Assembly: GCA_963804165.1 (NCBI GenBank)
Contig: CAWDPO010000035.1
Coordinates: 128,001 to 192,000, forward strand
Length of the DNA: 64,000 bases
Direction: 5' to 3'
Source: an uncultured delta proteobacterium
GTDB taxonomy: Bacteria; Desulfobacterota; Binatia; UBA9968
The notes below the pieces were generated by a model, which did no database searches, was not told where the DNA came from, and saw nothing but the letters and a program-made list of their open reading frames with translations. Of this stretch, positions 49,541 to 61,317 are shown piece by piece. The stretch's first letter is position 1. Each line of letters opens with the position of its first letter. The position numbers were made by a program, and so were the translations under genes.

Positions 49541-52500
49541 AGTTTCTCGGGATCTTTCCTGCGTAGAGCGCGATGAGGTTCCGTCACTGGATCGTTGTCG
49601 GCGCGCCACAGGCTCGGCGGGTGGTTTTTGCGGCAGATTGCTGCCGCGTCGCAGTGACCGCAATACTCGCCGCGGTTGAGAAAGAAACGGCCCTGGCGGA
49701 CGCCATCGACGAGATAAGCAATGGTTTGTTTGGTTGCCGCGCCGATTTGGTCGGTTAGTCCAGCGCTGTCATAGGAAGTCGAGAGCAGCGGGCCTTCGGC
49801 CCAGCGCGCCGCGATGTAGTAGAAATCCGCTTCGATGGCCGGTCGCGACGGCTTGAAGTGTTGTTCTTCGGCCCAGCGCTGCGCGAGCATGTAGTAAAAG
49901 GGTGGCTGCAATCTCTCGCCGCGCAGAGCCGCGCGGAGAAGATTGGTATCTTGAGTTGCCGGCTTTGCGCCAAATTTAAATTTGTAATCGATGACCCGCA
50001 GGGTGGTGTCGTTACGGTCGATGCGGTCCATCCGCCCACGGATCGCCAGGCCGTTTAGCGGTTCCGGCCAGTCGGCCGGCAATCGCGCGGTCACGCCGGT
50101 TTCCAAATTCACCGGGGTGAAACCGGACTGGGTCAGCTCGCGGAGATCTTGAGCGATGACTTGGCGCAGCAGTTGGACAAGATCGTCTTTGAGGCTGTCC
50201 CAAGCGAGCGGGTAGCCGACGGGATTGTCTTTCTCATAGTCGGCGAACACATGGGCGCCGACCGTGAGCAGGGTGTTTTCTACGTCCAGCGTTGTTGCTT
50301 TGCCGTCAAAATAACCGCCGTCGATCAGAGCGCGGTAAAACGAATTCAAAATCGCATGGCCGATCTCGCCGCGCTCAGCGGGACTGGGTCCGAGGACTTC
50401 TTCGGGGCGGTCGAGCGGTTCCAAGCCGAGCACGTGGCGCGCGAAAAACTGAAACGGGCAACGGGCGTAGGTTTCGAGCGCGGTGGGCGAAAGGCCGCGC
50501 TCGGAGAAATGTTTCCAGTAGCTATCGAGCTTGCCGACCATGCCATCGTAACCAAGCAAGCGGTCGCTGCTTTGATCGACTTCGGCGACAACTTTGCGGC
50601 CTTGTTTGTAGAGGTTCGGTAGTGCGGCGCAGGCTTCGATCAGCGCGGTGGGATCTTGGGCTTCCAGGGTCAGTCGAATTGCCAGTTCCGCCGGCAAGAG
50701 TAAATCCTGTCGATCAAACGGCGGTGTCGCGGCTTTTTCAGTCATGCTCCGCGGGATGTTGATCGTCTCGCTTTGGCGGCCGTTATCGTTGAGAGCGCGG
50801 TTGAGCTCTTCGACGTACCAGGATGGTGCCAGGACTCTGCCGCTGTCGTCCGATCTTTGAAATGAACAATAGAGCCGCTCCCGCGCGGCGCCGACGAGCA
50901 AGGTGAAAAGCAATTTTTCTTCGTCGAAGGCGGCAAGTTTTTGACTCACTTTGTAACCGAGGTCGCGTTCGAGAACGTCGCGGTCGCGATCGCGCAGGAA
51001 GGCGTCTTCGCGGATCGTGCGCGGGAAAACGCCTTCGTTCATGCCTAGAACAAAAAGCGCGCGGAACGATAGGCCGCGCGCCGCCGTGGCGTTAAGCACC
51101 ATGACACCATCGCGATTGCGCCGATCCTCCGTTACGCTGGAGCGTTCCAGCCAGTGCTGAAAGGTATGCGCAAAATCATTCAGCGCGACGCGATTTTCCA
51201 CGCGATCGAGACCGGCGAGTTGGTCTAAGACCTCGAGAATCTCCGCGCCGGGTTCCGAGTCGACGCCCGGCGCTGTTGTTTCGGTGGCAGGCGCAATTCC
51301 GAGATACTTTTTCAGCAAGCTTTTCCAGGCGACGGCATATTCCTGCCACGAAGCTTGCGCCGGCAATTGGGTGAGATCAGCCACCAACGTCTCGACGATA
51401 TTAGCCAATGACGTCAATTGTTTCGCGGCGATGCGAATGACGCGCGGCTCGTCGTCGGCCGATATTTGCCTGAGTGTTAGATCGTGCTGATTGTAACGAC
51501 GCAGCCGGCGCCACTCGGCCGCGCCTTTGCAGATGGCGAGCTCCCGGGTCGCAAGATCCCAGAGCTCTGGGCGTGGCAACGACCGCTCTCCTGCGATGTT
51601 TTGAAGTTGAAAATAAGGGGAAGAGAGCAGATCGATCACTTGGCCGCGTAGGAAGTCCTTCGCGGGCAGATTCAGCAGTAGGATGACGGCTTTGGTCAAC
51701 GGGAACTGCACGAGCGATTCTTCGAGCGTGCCGGCGAGCGGGATGCGATGCTTGTGAAAAGTATCTTTGACGATTTGGCCGTAGGACTCCAGACTTCGCG
51801 CAACGACGCCAATCTCATGAAATTGCATCTTGCCGTCTTCGACGAGTCGCAAGATCTCTTTCGCCGTCACGGCGATTTCATCATGGATGCCGAAAGTATC
51901 GACGATCTGGCACTGCCAGTGTTTCGGAAAATCGGAGTATCTTCGTTCTTTGTTGTCATCAAAAAGCCGCGCATCAGCGGGCAATGCGATTTGAGTTTCT
52001 GACTCTGGTGTCGACTCGATGTTGTGGCCTTGGACATAGCGCTCATAGAAATGCTCGGCGAAGCGCCAGGCTTCATGACTCGGTTTGGCGGCCAGAAGAG
52101 GAAACAATAGCGTGGTTGGATAGTGGCGCGCGACGGCGTAAAAAAAATCTACCTGAATCTGCGTCAGATCGTAAAAACCGTAATAGAAAATTTGATGGAA
52201 TTGTTTCAAGAAACTCGACGCGGGAACTTGTTCGGTGGCGTAGCGGTTCAGGTCGGACTGGTCGGTAATCTTCTGTTGGCGGCAAAAGTGTTGAAAGGTT
52301 TCCAGTAGTACCAAGAGCTGCGATGTGCGTTCGCTGGCGCGCTGACTGAAATGGCCCTCGCCCAGGGCTTCGAGGGCGACCGCCGGATCGACCAATCCGT
52401 CGCGCAGGTCGCGCAATGTTTGCCAGAGCGCAGCGCACCCGCCGGCGCGGTCTTCGATGCCGGCGAAGGGCTCTGCGCCGGATTGGCGGGTCCGAATGAT

Positions 52501-52785
52501 TTGCCGCAGCGCTTCTTCGAGAAAAAGATCGCTGCGCAATTCAAGCGGCGCGCCGTTGCTCTCGGCGTGTAGCCTTAGGGAGAGTTGGTAAAAGGTCAGG
52601 AGTTGAACATTGAGTAGCGACAGGCGACGCTCCCGGCTCAATAAAATTTTCAAGCGCCGGCGCAGCAAGTCGGACGGTGTAAGAATCAACAGCGGGGTAA
52701 GGAAGTCCGCTCTTTTGTGTTTCAAGATTTCTTCGACGAGAGCGTCTTCGAGATCGGGATGAAATGGCCCGAGAATGGTTTGCAT
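49537..52785 (-). CDS. addB: AddB-like inactive helicase / PD-(D/E)XK nuclease with 4Fe-4S cysteines
   Basis: SPTALETYARCPF, GRMDRID...IDYK, CGHC....IC; ATGA overlap with addA. Confidence 0.88.
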   Translation of the reverse strand: MQTILGPFHPDLEDALVEEILKHKRADFLTPLLILTPSDLLRRRLKILLSRERRLSLLNVQLLTFYQLSLRLHAESNGAPLELRSDLFLEEALRQIIRTRQSGAEPFAGIEDRAGGCAALWQTLRDLRDGLVDPAVALEALGEGHFSQRASERTSQLLVLLETFQHFCRQQKITDQSDLNRYATEQVPASSFLKQFHQIFYYGFYDLTQIQVDFFYAVARHYPTTLLFPLLAAKPSHEAWRFAEHFYERYVQGHNIESTPESETQIALPADARLFDDNKERRYSDFPKHWQCQIVDTFGIHDEIAVTAKEILRLVEDGKMQFHEIGVVARSLESYGQIVKDTFHKHRIPLAGTLEESLVQFPLTKAVILLLNLPAKDFLRGQVIDLLSSPYFQLQNIAGERSLPRPELWDLATRELAICKGAAEWRRLRRYNQHDLTLRQISADDEPRVIRIAAKQLTSLANIVETLVADLTQLPAQASWQEYAVAWKSLLKKYLGIAPATETTAPGVDSEPGAEILEVLDQLAGLDRVENRVALNDFAHTFQHWLERSSVTEDRRNRDGVMVLNATAARGLSFRALFVLGMNEGVFPRTIREDAFLRDRDRDVLERDLGYKVSQKLAAFDEEKLLFTLLVGAARERLYCSFQRSDDSGRVLAPSWYVEELNRALNDNGRQSETINIPRSMTEKAATPPFDRQDLLLPAELAIRLTLEAQDPTALIEACAALPNLYKQGRKVVAEVDQSSDRLLGYDGMVGKLDSYWKHFSERGLSPTALETYARCPFQFFARHVLGLEPLDRPEEVLGPSPAERGEIGHAILNSFYRALIDGGYFDGKATTLDVENTLLTVGAHVFADYEKDNPVGYPLAWDSLKDDLVQLLRQVIAQDLRELTQSGFTPVNLETGVTARLPADWPEPLNGLAIRGRMDRIDRNDTTLRVIDYKFKFGAKPATQDTNLLRAALRGERLQPPFYYMLAQRWAEEQHFKPSRPAIEADFYYIAARWAEGPLLSTSYDSAGLTDQIGAATKQTIAYLVDGVRQGRFFLNRGEYCGHCDAAAICRKNHPPSLWRADNDPVTEPHRALRRKDPEKL

Positions 52786-52932
52786 GATTTGTTAATTGGC
52801 TCGGATGAGCTGCAGACTCAAACTACCACGAAATATGAAAAAAGGTATCGTTTATAGCGCAAGCGCCGCCGCTGCGACAGCCCTGTGCACCGCGATTGCA
52901 AAAGCAAATACAAACTATTAAACCAACAGCCA

Positions 52933-54618
52933 ATGCGATCCGCCAAACCGAGCCGACTGCTTGTTGTTTTATTCCTCGTCATTCTGTCTTTTCGTGCCGA
53001 TGCTAACGACCTGACGCTCAAGTCGGGTGCCGGCCTCGTCATTGCCGATAGTGCATTGGCGAGCGCGGCTGGAATGGAGATTTTGCAACGCGGCGGCAAC
53101 GCCGTTGACGCCGCGATTGCGACGGCGTTTGCGCTTTCGGCGGTCGATCAAGCGTCCTCCGGCTTGGGCGGCGGCGGCTTCATGGTGATTTACCGCGCCA
53201 AAGATCAGAAGTCATTCGCTCTGGATTTTCGCGAAACCGCGCCGCGCGCATCGAGCAGAGAGCTATATATGAAAGACGGCAAGCCGGTGACATCGCTGAG
53301 CCTTACCGGCGCATTAGCCGTCGGCGTTCCGGGAGAAGTCGCCGGATTGATCGAGGCGCGCAAGCGCTTTGGGACTCTATCGCTCGCTGCGCTCGTCGCG
53401 CCGGCGATCAAGCTCGCGAGTGACGGTTTCCCCTTGGATGCGACGCTGCGAATTGCAATCGAGCGCCAGCAGTCCGCAATGAAGCGTTTTCCCGATCTTG
53501 GCCGCATTTTCATGCCCAACGGCGATGTGCCCAAGGAAGGCGATGTGATTCGCCAACCCGAATTGGCCGAAACGCTCAAAGCGATCGCGCGGCAAGGTTC
53601 TGAGATTTTTTACCAAGGGCGAATCGCTGAGGCGATGGTCTAGACGATTAAGACGAATGGCGGCGTAATGACGCTCGACGATCTTAAAAACTATCGAGCG
53701 GTGTGGCGCGAGCCCCTGATCGGCAAGTACCGAAATCGCACGATCGTGACTATGCCGCCGCCAAGCTCGGGCGGCGTGGCGCTTTTGGAGATGCTCAATA
53801 TTCTCGAAGGCTACAAGCTCGATGAGTTGCAGCACAACTCGCCGGCATATCTGCACTTGATCGCCGAGACCATGAAACACGCGTTTGCGGACCGAGCGCA
53901 GTTTCTCGGCGATCCGGATTTCGTTCATGTGCCGATCCGCAAGCTGACGTCGAAGGATTACGCGCTGTGGATGCGCGGCCGGATTTCCCCGGACAAGACT
54001 CAGGCGCCGAATTTTTATGGTTACTACAATTACGACGCCGAAAAGGGCGGCACCACACACTTCAGCGTGATCGACCGTTTTGGCAACGCCGTGGCTTGCA
54101 CGCAGTCGGTCAACACGCGCTTCGGTTCGAAGTTAATCGCGGCTCGCACCGGCATCGTCCTCAATAACGAAATGGACGATTTCGCCATCCACTCCGGAAT
54201 GGGTAACGTATACGGCTTGGTCGGCAACGAGGCGAACTCGCTCCAACCCAACAAGCGTCCGCTGAGCAGCATGTCGCCGACGATTATTTTGCGCGGCAAC
54301 CGACCCGAAGCTGGTCGTTGGAGCGGCAGGCGGGCCGCGCATCATCAGCGCAGCCTTACAGACAATCCTCAACATGCTGGATTTTCAAATGTCGGTGCGA
54401 GCGGCGGTCGAAGCGCCGCGCATTCATCACCAGTGGCTGCCGGACCGGTTAAGTTTCGAAGCTAAGATCGCCGATGAGGCAAGAAAGGGATTGGAACAGC
54501 GCGGACACGCGCTCAGGGAACAATCGCCCTCGGAGTGGTGCAAGCGATCACTTGGCAAGGCTCGACGATGAGCGGCGCGGCCGATCCGAGAAAGACGGAA
54601 AGAGCGCGGACGGAATAG
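52933..54618 (+). CDS. ggt: Gamma-glutamyltransferase (in-frame TAG at 53641; frameshifts near 54310 and 54530)
   Basis: GGNAVDAAIA, SGLGGGGF, DFRETAP, PPPSSGG, TTHFSVID Thr nucleophile, LNNEMDDF, PLSSMSP, PRIHHQW, ADPRK. Confidence 0.88.
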
Positions 54619-54668
54619 CCGGCGCGGCGATTTCGCGGAAATTTTATTTGGCTTGACTTGCTCAGTGA

Positions 54669-54992
54669 TCAGCGCCGTCCGAAGTGCCACCACGAACGCC
54701 GCCGCCGTTTCGGCCACAGGCGTAAGACGGATAGCAGCGCGCGTCCTAATTTCATCAACAGGCGGGCTGAGTTCAATAGTCTCTTGCTGAAGCCGGCAAT
54801 CAAAAAACTCGACAGGCCGGCGGTGAGAAGGGGATAGGAACGAATGAGTCGGCCAACAGCGAAAACCTTGCCCCCAATATTGAACGGCGAATGAATTCTA
54901 CGGTAAGCCACGGCTAATTCGAGGCGCTCCAAAGCGGCCTTTTCGATCAGCGCCTGTTTGCGGCGGGCGATGTCGTCGAAGCGTTTACTCAC
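54669..54992 (-). CDS. YqjK-like protein
   Basis: ARRKQALI...ERLEL helix; position after the yqjD/yqjE homologues. Confidence 0.6.
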   Translation of the reverse strand: MSKRFDDIARRKQALIEKAALERLELAVAYRRIHSPFNIGGKVFAVGRLIRSYPLLTAGLSSFLIAGFSKRLLNSARLLMKLGRALLSVLRLWPKRRRRSWWHFGRR

Positions 54993-55395
54993 GGGTAGAG
55001 GCTCTCAGGTGATCGCGATCTTTGCCGAGCTCGGCCAAGGTGGCGGGAAAAAGACCAGGGCGGCGCAGGATCGCGCTGCGCAGCTTGATCGCAGCTCCTG
55101 CGCCGACGGCGAAATAGAGAAGCGCCAAGGCGCCGATGGCGGCGATCCAACCGTTTTGCCAAAACAATGCGACGATAAAGATCGTGAAGAGGATAAACCC
55201 GAAGGTGAAACCGAAGACGAGCAGGAAAGTGAGCACCAGAGTATGTTTGAGCCGCTCGCGCTCTTCTTCGAGTTCGGTGACGAACAGCTCCAGCCGTGTG
55301 TGCAGCGTCGAACTGAGAGCCGCGAGCACGGCTTTGATTGGCTGAAAGAAGCTCGACGAGCCTTCATGGCTCTGGTTGCTTCCTGGGTCGCTCAT
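54985..55395 (-). CDS. yqjE: YqjE-like (phage holin superfamily) membrane protein
   Basis: HTRLELFVTELEEE, two TM helices, FPATLAELGKD. Confidence 0.82.
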   Translation of the reverse strand: MSDPGSNQSHEGSSSFFQPIKAVLAALSSTLHTRLELFVTELEEERERLKHTLVLTFLLVFGFTFGFILFTIFIVALFWQNGWIAAIGALALLYFAVGAGAAIKLRSAILRRPGLFPATLAELGKDRDHLRASTRE

Positions 55396-55404
55396 CGGCG
55401 CGAG

Positions 55405-55713
55405 CTACTTACCGCGAATGAGCAGGCCCAGCGCTAAGCCGACGGCGGCAGCAATGCCCACGGCGCTCCAAGGGTTTTCCCGCACGTAATCATCGGCAAT
55501 TTCGGCGCACTCTTTCGACTTCTTGACAAGAGTTTCTTCTGCGTCCGCCAACGCCTTCTTGCCTTCGATCAGGCTTTGTTCGATCTTCTGGCGCGCGACG
55601 GAGATTTTTTCGCCGGCCTGGCTGGCCGTCGCCTTGAGCAACTCTTCGGCATCGCCAACAAGCGTTCTCAAGTCGCCAACGAGTTTCTCTTTATTGGTAG
55701 ATTCACCGTCCAT
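55405..55713 (-). CDS. yqjD: DUF883 / ElaB-YqjD family ribosome-binding membrane protein
   Basis: DAEELLKATA and DDYVRENPWSAVGIAAAVGLALG. Confidence 0.88.
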   Translation of the reverse strand: MDGESTNKEKLVGDLRTLVGDAEELLKATASQAGEKISVARQKIEQSLIEGKKALADAEETLVKKSKECAEIADDYVRENPWSAVGIAAAVGLALGLLIRGK

Positions 55714-55897
55714 ATTAAAATACCTCCGTGATCCGAGCTCTTTACCCTAGGTATGATAATCACCCATGCGCAGCTATTCAAGGTCATAATTCGGCTGCGC
55801 ATCCTTTTTTGATGCGAAGGTCGTCGGAGAAGTTGATTTACGCCTTTTAAATGCTAGGCGTTTTTTAGATCCGCAAGAGGGTGAGGGGAGTTTCGTA

Positions 55898-56929
55898 ATG
55901 TTTGTAATGAAGGATACCTATCGGTGGCGGTTCTTGGGCGCGCTCTTGGTTATAACTTTTATCGCGCCCCTGGTCGCTTGGGCTCAAGGAAGTCCAAACC
56001 AAAAGCTGGTCGAGGCCGCCAAGAAAGAAGGCGAGCTGGTTTATTACACGACCATGACCCTGGATCAGAGCAAAGTGGTCGTCGATCGTTTTGAGAAGAA
56101 GTATGGCGTGAAAGCCACGCTCTTTCGCACCGGCGGCGGGCCCTTGCTCAACAAGATCTTCACCGAAGCCCGCGGCGGCCGATTCGATTGGGACGTCGTC
56201 GTCGGCCGCGGCGAGATGGTGTTGCCCATGATCGAAAGAAAGCTCGTCGCGTCTTACCGGTCTCCGGAAAGCAAAATGATCGATGAGCAGCTGGTCGACA
56301 AGGAGGGTTATTGGACCGCTTATTACGTCAACAGTTATGTCCTGGGCTGGAACACCAAACTGGTCAGAAAACAGGACGTCCCCAAAACCTATGACGAGCT
56401 ATTAGACCCGAAATGGAAGGGCGGGCAAATTTCCGTCGATACCGAAGCCTACGGCATGTTGGAAGGGCTGAAACGAGTTTGGGGCAAGGAAAAGGCGGTC
56501 AATTACTTCAAACGGCTGGCGTCGCTGGAGCCGGTTCTAAAACGCGGTAATACCGAGCGCGTCCAACTTACCGTTGCCGGTGAATATCCGTTGATCATTG
56601 CGTACAACCAGACGATTCAGCGCATGAACTCGCGCGGCGCGCCGATTGACTGGCTGCCCCTCGAACCTTCGGTGACGCAGGTCAATCCGATCATGCTGGC
56701 CGCAAAGGCGCCGCATCCCAACGCGGCGCGGCTGTTCTACGATTTCGTCCTTTCCAAAGAAGGACAGGAGCTGCTGCGCGGGTTTCAGCGCATCCCGGTG
56801 CGCAAAGACGTCGAGCCCGACCCGCCGCGGCTTTTTCGCGGCTTTAAAATCGCCGTAGAGGATCCGGAAGATTACAAGGATTTCGATGCGTCGGTAAAGC
56901 AGTATCTGGAAATTTTTAAGTTGAGATAG
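55898..56929 (+). CDS. Fe(III)/thiamine-type ABC substrate-binding protein (orphan)
   Basis: AAKKEGELVYY, PKTYDELLDPKWKG, APHPNAARLF. Confidence 0.9.
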   Translation: MFVMKDTYRWRFLGALLVITFIAPLVAWAQGSPNQKLVEAAKKEGELVYYTTMTLDQSKVVVDRFEKKYGVKATLFRTGGGPLLNKIFTEARGGRFDWDVVVGRGEMVLPMIERKLVASYRSPESKMIDEQLVDKEGYWTAYYVNSYVLGWNTKLVRKQDVPKTYDELLDPKWKGGQISVDTEAYGMLEGLKRVWGKEKAVNYFKRLASLEPVLKRGNTERVQLTVAGEYPLIIAYNQTIQRMNSRGAPIDWLPLEPSVTQVNPIMLAAKAPHPNAARLFYDFVLSKEGQELLRGFQRIPVRKDVEPDPPRLFRGFKIAVEDPEDYKDFDASVKQYLEIFKLR

Positions 56930-56930
56930 A

Positions 56931-56987
56931 AAGGCACGAGGCGTATGGCAAAAGGCGTGAGTGAGAATCGGTCCTCATGCCTCCCGC

Positions 56988-56988
<1 letters not shown>
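56931..56988. repeat. Heptamer hairpin element (AGGCRNG type)
   Basis: AGGCACG AGGCGTA TGGCAAA AGGCGTG ... CCTCATG CCTCCCG CCT. Confidence 0.55.
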
Positions 56989-58289
<1,301 letters not shown>

Positions 58290-58290
58290 T

Positions 58291-58378
58291 CAGGCGTGAG
58301 GCGTGGGGCGTGAGGCGTGAGTGGGGATAGGACGCGCCGTGTCCCTATAGCTAGGGCCTGTTGCCTGCTGACTCGTTC
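58291..58378. repeat. Heptamer tandem (AGGCGTG) with internal hairpin
   Basis: AGGCGTG AGGCGTG GGGCGTG AGGCGTG AG between serA and purA. Confidence 0.65.
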
Positions 58379-59962
58379 TCACAGTTTCACCAGGGTCGCC
58401 GAAACGATTTGCGGCAGCGCGCGCAGCTCATCGAGGGCTTTTTTGGTTACGGCTTCGTCGACGTGGGTAAACGAGATCGCGTTGCCGCCCTTTTCGCTGC
58501 GGCCCAATTCCATGCCGGCGATGTTCATGCCATTGTTGCCGAGGATGGTGCCGACGGCGCCGACGACTCCCGGAACATCTTTATTCTGCAGGACGAGTAT
58601 ATAACCTTCGGGCACCGCCTCCAGGTAAAAATTATTGACCCGCACGATGCGCGGATGCTTGGCGCCGAAGATCGCGCCTTCGACTTCAAGGGTTTCTTTG
58701 CCGCTCTTGGCCTTGACGGTGACCGAGCTGGCGAAGTCGCTCGCCTCTTCGCCTTTCGACTCGACGATCTTGATGCCGCGTTCCCGCGCCAATAGCGGCG
58801 CGTTTACGTAGTTCACCGCGAATTCCATCACCGGCGATAACAACCCCTTAAGCACGGCGAGTGTCAATGGCGCGACGTTGTATTGGGTCACATCGCCGCG
58901 ATACTCGACTTGAACTTCATCGGGCAGCGCGCCGACCATTTGCGTGTGCAAACTGCCGAGCTTTTCGCCAAGGGTTAAATACGGGCGCAGCACCGCCAAA
59001 AGCTCCGGGCTTACAGACGGCACGTTCACCGCGTAGCGGACAACGCCTTTGGCCAGAAAATCGACCATTTGTTCGGCCACCGCAATGGCGACATTCAGCT
59101 GTGCTTCGTCGGTTGATGCGCCCAAGTGCGGCGTGGTGATCACTTGATCGAGCTTGAGCAGCGGATGATCGGCCGCCGGCGGCTCATCGATGTAAACGTC
59201 GAGCGCCGCGCCGGCGACTTTGCCGGTTTTGATCGCGTCGGCAAGATCATGCTCGTCGACGATACCGCCGCGCGCGCAGTTGATGATCCGCACGCTGTTT
59301 TTCATTTTGGCAAACGCCGCTTTGTTAATCAGGCCTTGAGTATCCGGAGTCAAAGGCACGTGAACCGTGATGAAGTCCGACTTGGTGAAGATGTCGTCTA
59401 ACGTGCCGGGCTCTACGCCCATGCGCGCGATGTTTTCAGCGGCGATAAAGGGATCGTAGCCAATGACTTTCATTCTCAAGCCGGCTGCCCGCTCGGCGAC
59501 GATACGGCCGACGTTGCCGAGACCGATCACGCCGATGGTTTTATTGCACATTTCCACGCCGACGAATTTGTTGCGGTCCCACTTGCCGCTCTTGAGCGAG
59601 GCGACCGCTTGCGGAATATGACGCGCGAGCGCCATCATCAAAGCTATCGTGTGCTCGCCTGTGGTGACGTTGTTGCCGCCGGGCGTATTCATTACGACGA
59701 TGCCTTTTTTGGTCGCCGCGTCGGCATCGATGTTCTCATAACCCACGCCGGCGCGGCCGATCACCTTCAAACTCTTCGCCGCTTCGATGAGCTCGGCCGT
59801 AATTCTGGTGCCGCTACGAATCACCCAGCCGTCATACGCGCCACAGATCTTTTTTAACTCGTCGGGCTTCAGTCCGAGCTTGACGTCGACCTCGAAGCCC
59901 TCGGTGTTTTTAAACACCTCCAGACCTTCGGGCGCGAGAGAGTCGGTTACTAAGATTTTCAT
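58379..59962 (-). CDS. serA: D-3-phosphoglycerate dehydrogenase (with ASB/ACT domains)
   Basis: GRAGVG, IGLGNVG, INCARGG, TPHLGAST; C-terminal ACT NKDVPGVVG. Confidence 0.96.
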   Translation of the reverse strand: MKILVTDSLAPEGLEVFKNTEGFEVDVKLGLKPDELKKICGAYDGWVIRSGTRITAELIEAAKSLKVIGRAGVGYENIDADAATKKGIVVMNTPGGNNVTTGEHTIALMMALARHIPQAVASLKSGKWDRNKFVGVEMCNKTIGVIGLGNVGRIVAERAAGLRMKVIGYDPFIAAENIARMGVEPGTLDDIFTKSDFITVHVPLTPDTQGLINKAAFAKMKNSVRIINCARGGIVDEHDLADAIKTGKVAGAALDVYIDEPPAADHPLLKLDQVITTPHLGASTDEAQLNVAIAVAEQMVDFLAKGVVRYAVNVPSVSPELLAVLRPYLTLGEKLGSLHTQMVGALPDEVQVEYRGDVTQYNVAPLTLAVLKGLLSPVMEFAVNYVNAPLLARERGIKIVESKGEEASDFASSVTVKAKSGKETLEVEGAIFGAKHPRIVRVNNFYLEAVPEGYILVLQNKDVPGVVGAVGTILGNNGMNIAGMELGRSEKGGNAISFTHVDEAVTKKALDELRALPQIVSATLVKL

Positions 59963-59991
59963 GTTGGGGCCACCGTTTTGTTCGTGCGCTG

Positions 59992-60054
59992 AGGATCGAC
60001 GATCGAAGATGGAGGATCGCGAGATCCTCAATGTCGATTCTCCATCCTCGATTT
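59992..60054. repeat. Heptamer hairpin element (GAGGATC type)
   Basis: GAGGATC GACGATC GAAGATG GAGGATC ... GATCCTC AATGTC GATTCTC CATCCTC. Confidence 0.65.
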
Positions 60055-61197
60055 TTAGGCCAACGCTTCCATCAGGACTTCCTGCGCAGCCGCGACGCCC
60101 CGTCCGAAGGGAATCTCGGCGCCGAACTTTCTCAGTGCCATTTCCAGGGCCGCGATGGCGGTGATGACGTCGAAAGCGCCCATATAGCCGACATGAGCGA
60201 TGCGGATCGCCTTGCCTTTGAGCTGGTCTTGACCTTCGGCGAGCGTGACGTTCATTTTGTCGCGCAGATAGTCCAGCACCTCGTCTGCGTCGATCCCGTC
60301 GGGCAGATAGATACCGGTCGCAGCTGGACTCGGACTATCGGGCGCGAGTAATTTTAATCCCAGTGCAGTCGCCGCGGCGCGAGTAGCCCGACACAAACGC
60401 GCGTGCCGCGCGTAGACATTCTCCAGCCCCTCGCGCTCGAGCAGGTTCACCGACGCGCGCACGCCAAATATCAACGATACCGCGGGCGTGAAGGCGCCGG
60501 AGCCTTTTTGCTGGTTTTTGCGTTCGAGGTTGAGATCGAAATAAAAGCGCGGCAGCTTGGCTTTCTTGGTTTTCTCCCAAGCGCGGTCACTGAGCGCGAC
60601 GAAACCCAACCCCGGTGGCAGCATCAAAGCTTTTTGTGAGCCTGTCACCAGCGCGTCAATGCCCCATTCATCCATCATCAACGGCACGACGCCCACCGCG
60701 GTGACGCCGTCGACAAGAAACAGCGGGCCATTTTTTGTGAGCCTGGCGATGTCTTTCACCGGATGGAATACGGTGGTCGAAGTCTCGCTGGCCTGGATCA
60801 TCACGCCTTGCGTATCGGGGTTGGCTTTGAGCTCCCGCTCGACGTCGGCGACCTTCACCGCTTGGCCCCAAGCCACTTTCATTTCAACGGGATTCAACCC
60901 GTAGGCGTTGGCGATGTTGAGCCAGCGTTCGCCGAACTTGCCGCCGTTGATGATCAGGACTTTGTCACCGGGAGAAAACAGATTGGCGACCGAGGCCTCC
61001 ATCGCGCCGGTGCCGGAGGACGCCAGCATGAGAACGTCGTTTTTTGTGCCGAATAGTTTCTTGAGTCCGTCGCGTGCTTCATTGAAGATCTTGTTAAATT
61101 GCGGTGTGCGATGATGGATCATGGTCTCCGCCATCGCCAGAGCGACTTCGTTGGGGATCGGCGTCGGACCGGGTGAAAGGAGATATTGCTTGATCAT
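60055..61197 (-). CDS. Class V PLP aminotransferase (serine-pyruvate/alanine-glyoxylate type; candidate phosphoserine aminotransferase)
   Basis: LSPGPTP, SSGTGAMEA, GKFGERW, ETSTT, VTGSQKALMLPPG. Confidence 0.9.
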   Translation of the reverse strand: MIKQYLLSPGPTPIPNEVALAMAETMIHHRTPQFNKIFNEARDGLKKLFGTKNDVLMLASSGTGAMEASVANLFSPGDKVLIINGGKFGERWLNIANAYGLNPVEMKVAWGQAVKVADVERELKANPDTQGVMIQASETSTTVFHPVKDIARLTKNGPLFLVDGVTAVGVVPLMMDEWGIDALVTGSQKALMLPPGLGFVALSDRAWEKTKKAKLPRFYFDLNLERKNQQKGSGAFTPAVSLIFGVRASVNLLEREGLENVYARHARLCRATRAAATALGLKLLAPDSPSPAATGIYLPDGIDADEVLDYLRDKMNVTLAEGQDQLKGKAIRIAHVGYMGAFDVITAIAALEMALRKFGAEIPFGRGVAAAQEVLMEALA

Positions 61198-61280
61198 CTA
61201 AAATCCCGTCGCGATCAGGCCTCAGTGGAAAGAATCAATTTGCCAAAAGCTGCAGGCTGACAGCGAACTAGTTTGGCAAC

Positions 61281-61317
61281 AAAAAAGCCCGGACCTCTCT
61301 CGTTAAGAGACCCAGGC
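61281..61317 (-). terminator. Intrinsic terminator of the riboswitch expression platform
   Basis: GCCTGGGTCTCT-TAACG-AGAGAGGTCCGGGC-TTTTTT; the 5' arm overlaps the aptamer 3' end. Confidence 0.75.

Noticed and set aside
53641-53643. In-frame TAG in ggt as pyrrolysine or stop-codon reassignment
   Set aside because: Non-catalytic position, the same gene has two frameshifts, and TAG ends many intact genes here (7071, 8197, 24608, 56929); a base error or nonsense mutation is more likely.
54985-55395. Holin-family gene as evidence of a prophage
   Set aside because: It sits in the cellular yqjD-yqjE-yqjK arrangement with no phage genes nearby.
59963-60031. N-terminal extension of SerA (MRISRSSIFDRRSS)
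   Set aside because: Translation of the heptamer repeat; the real start is ATG 59962 (MKILVTD).
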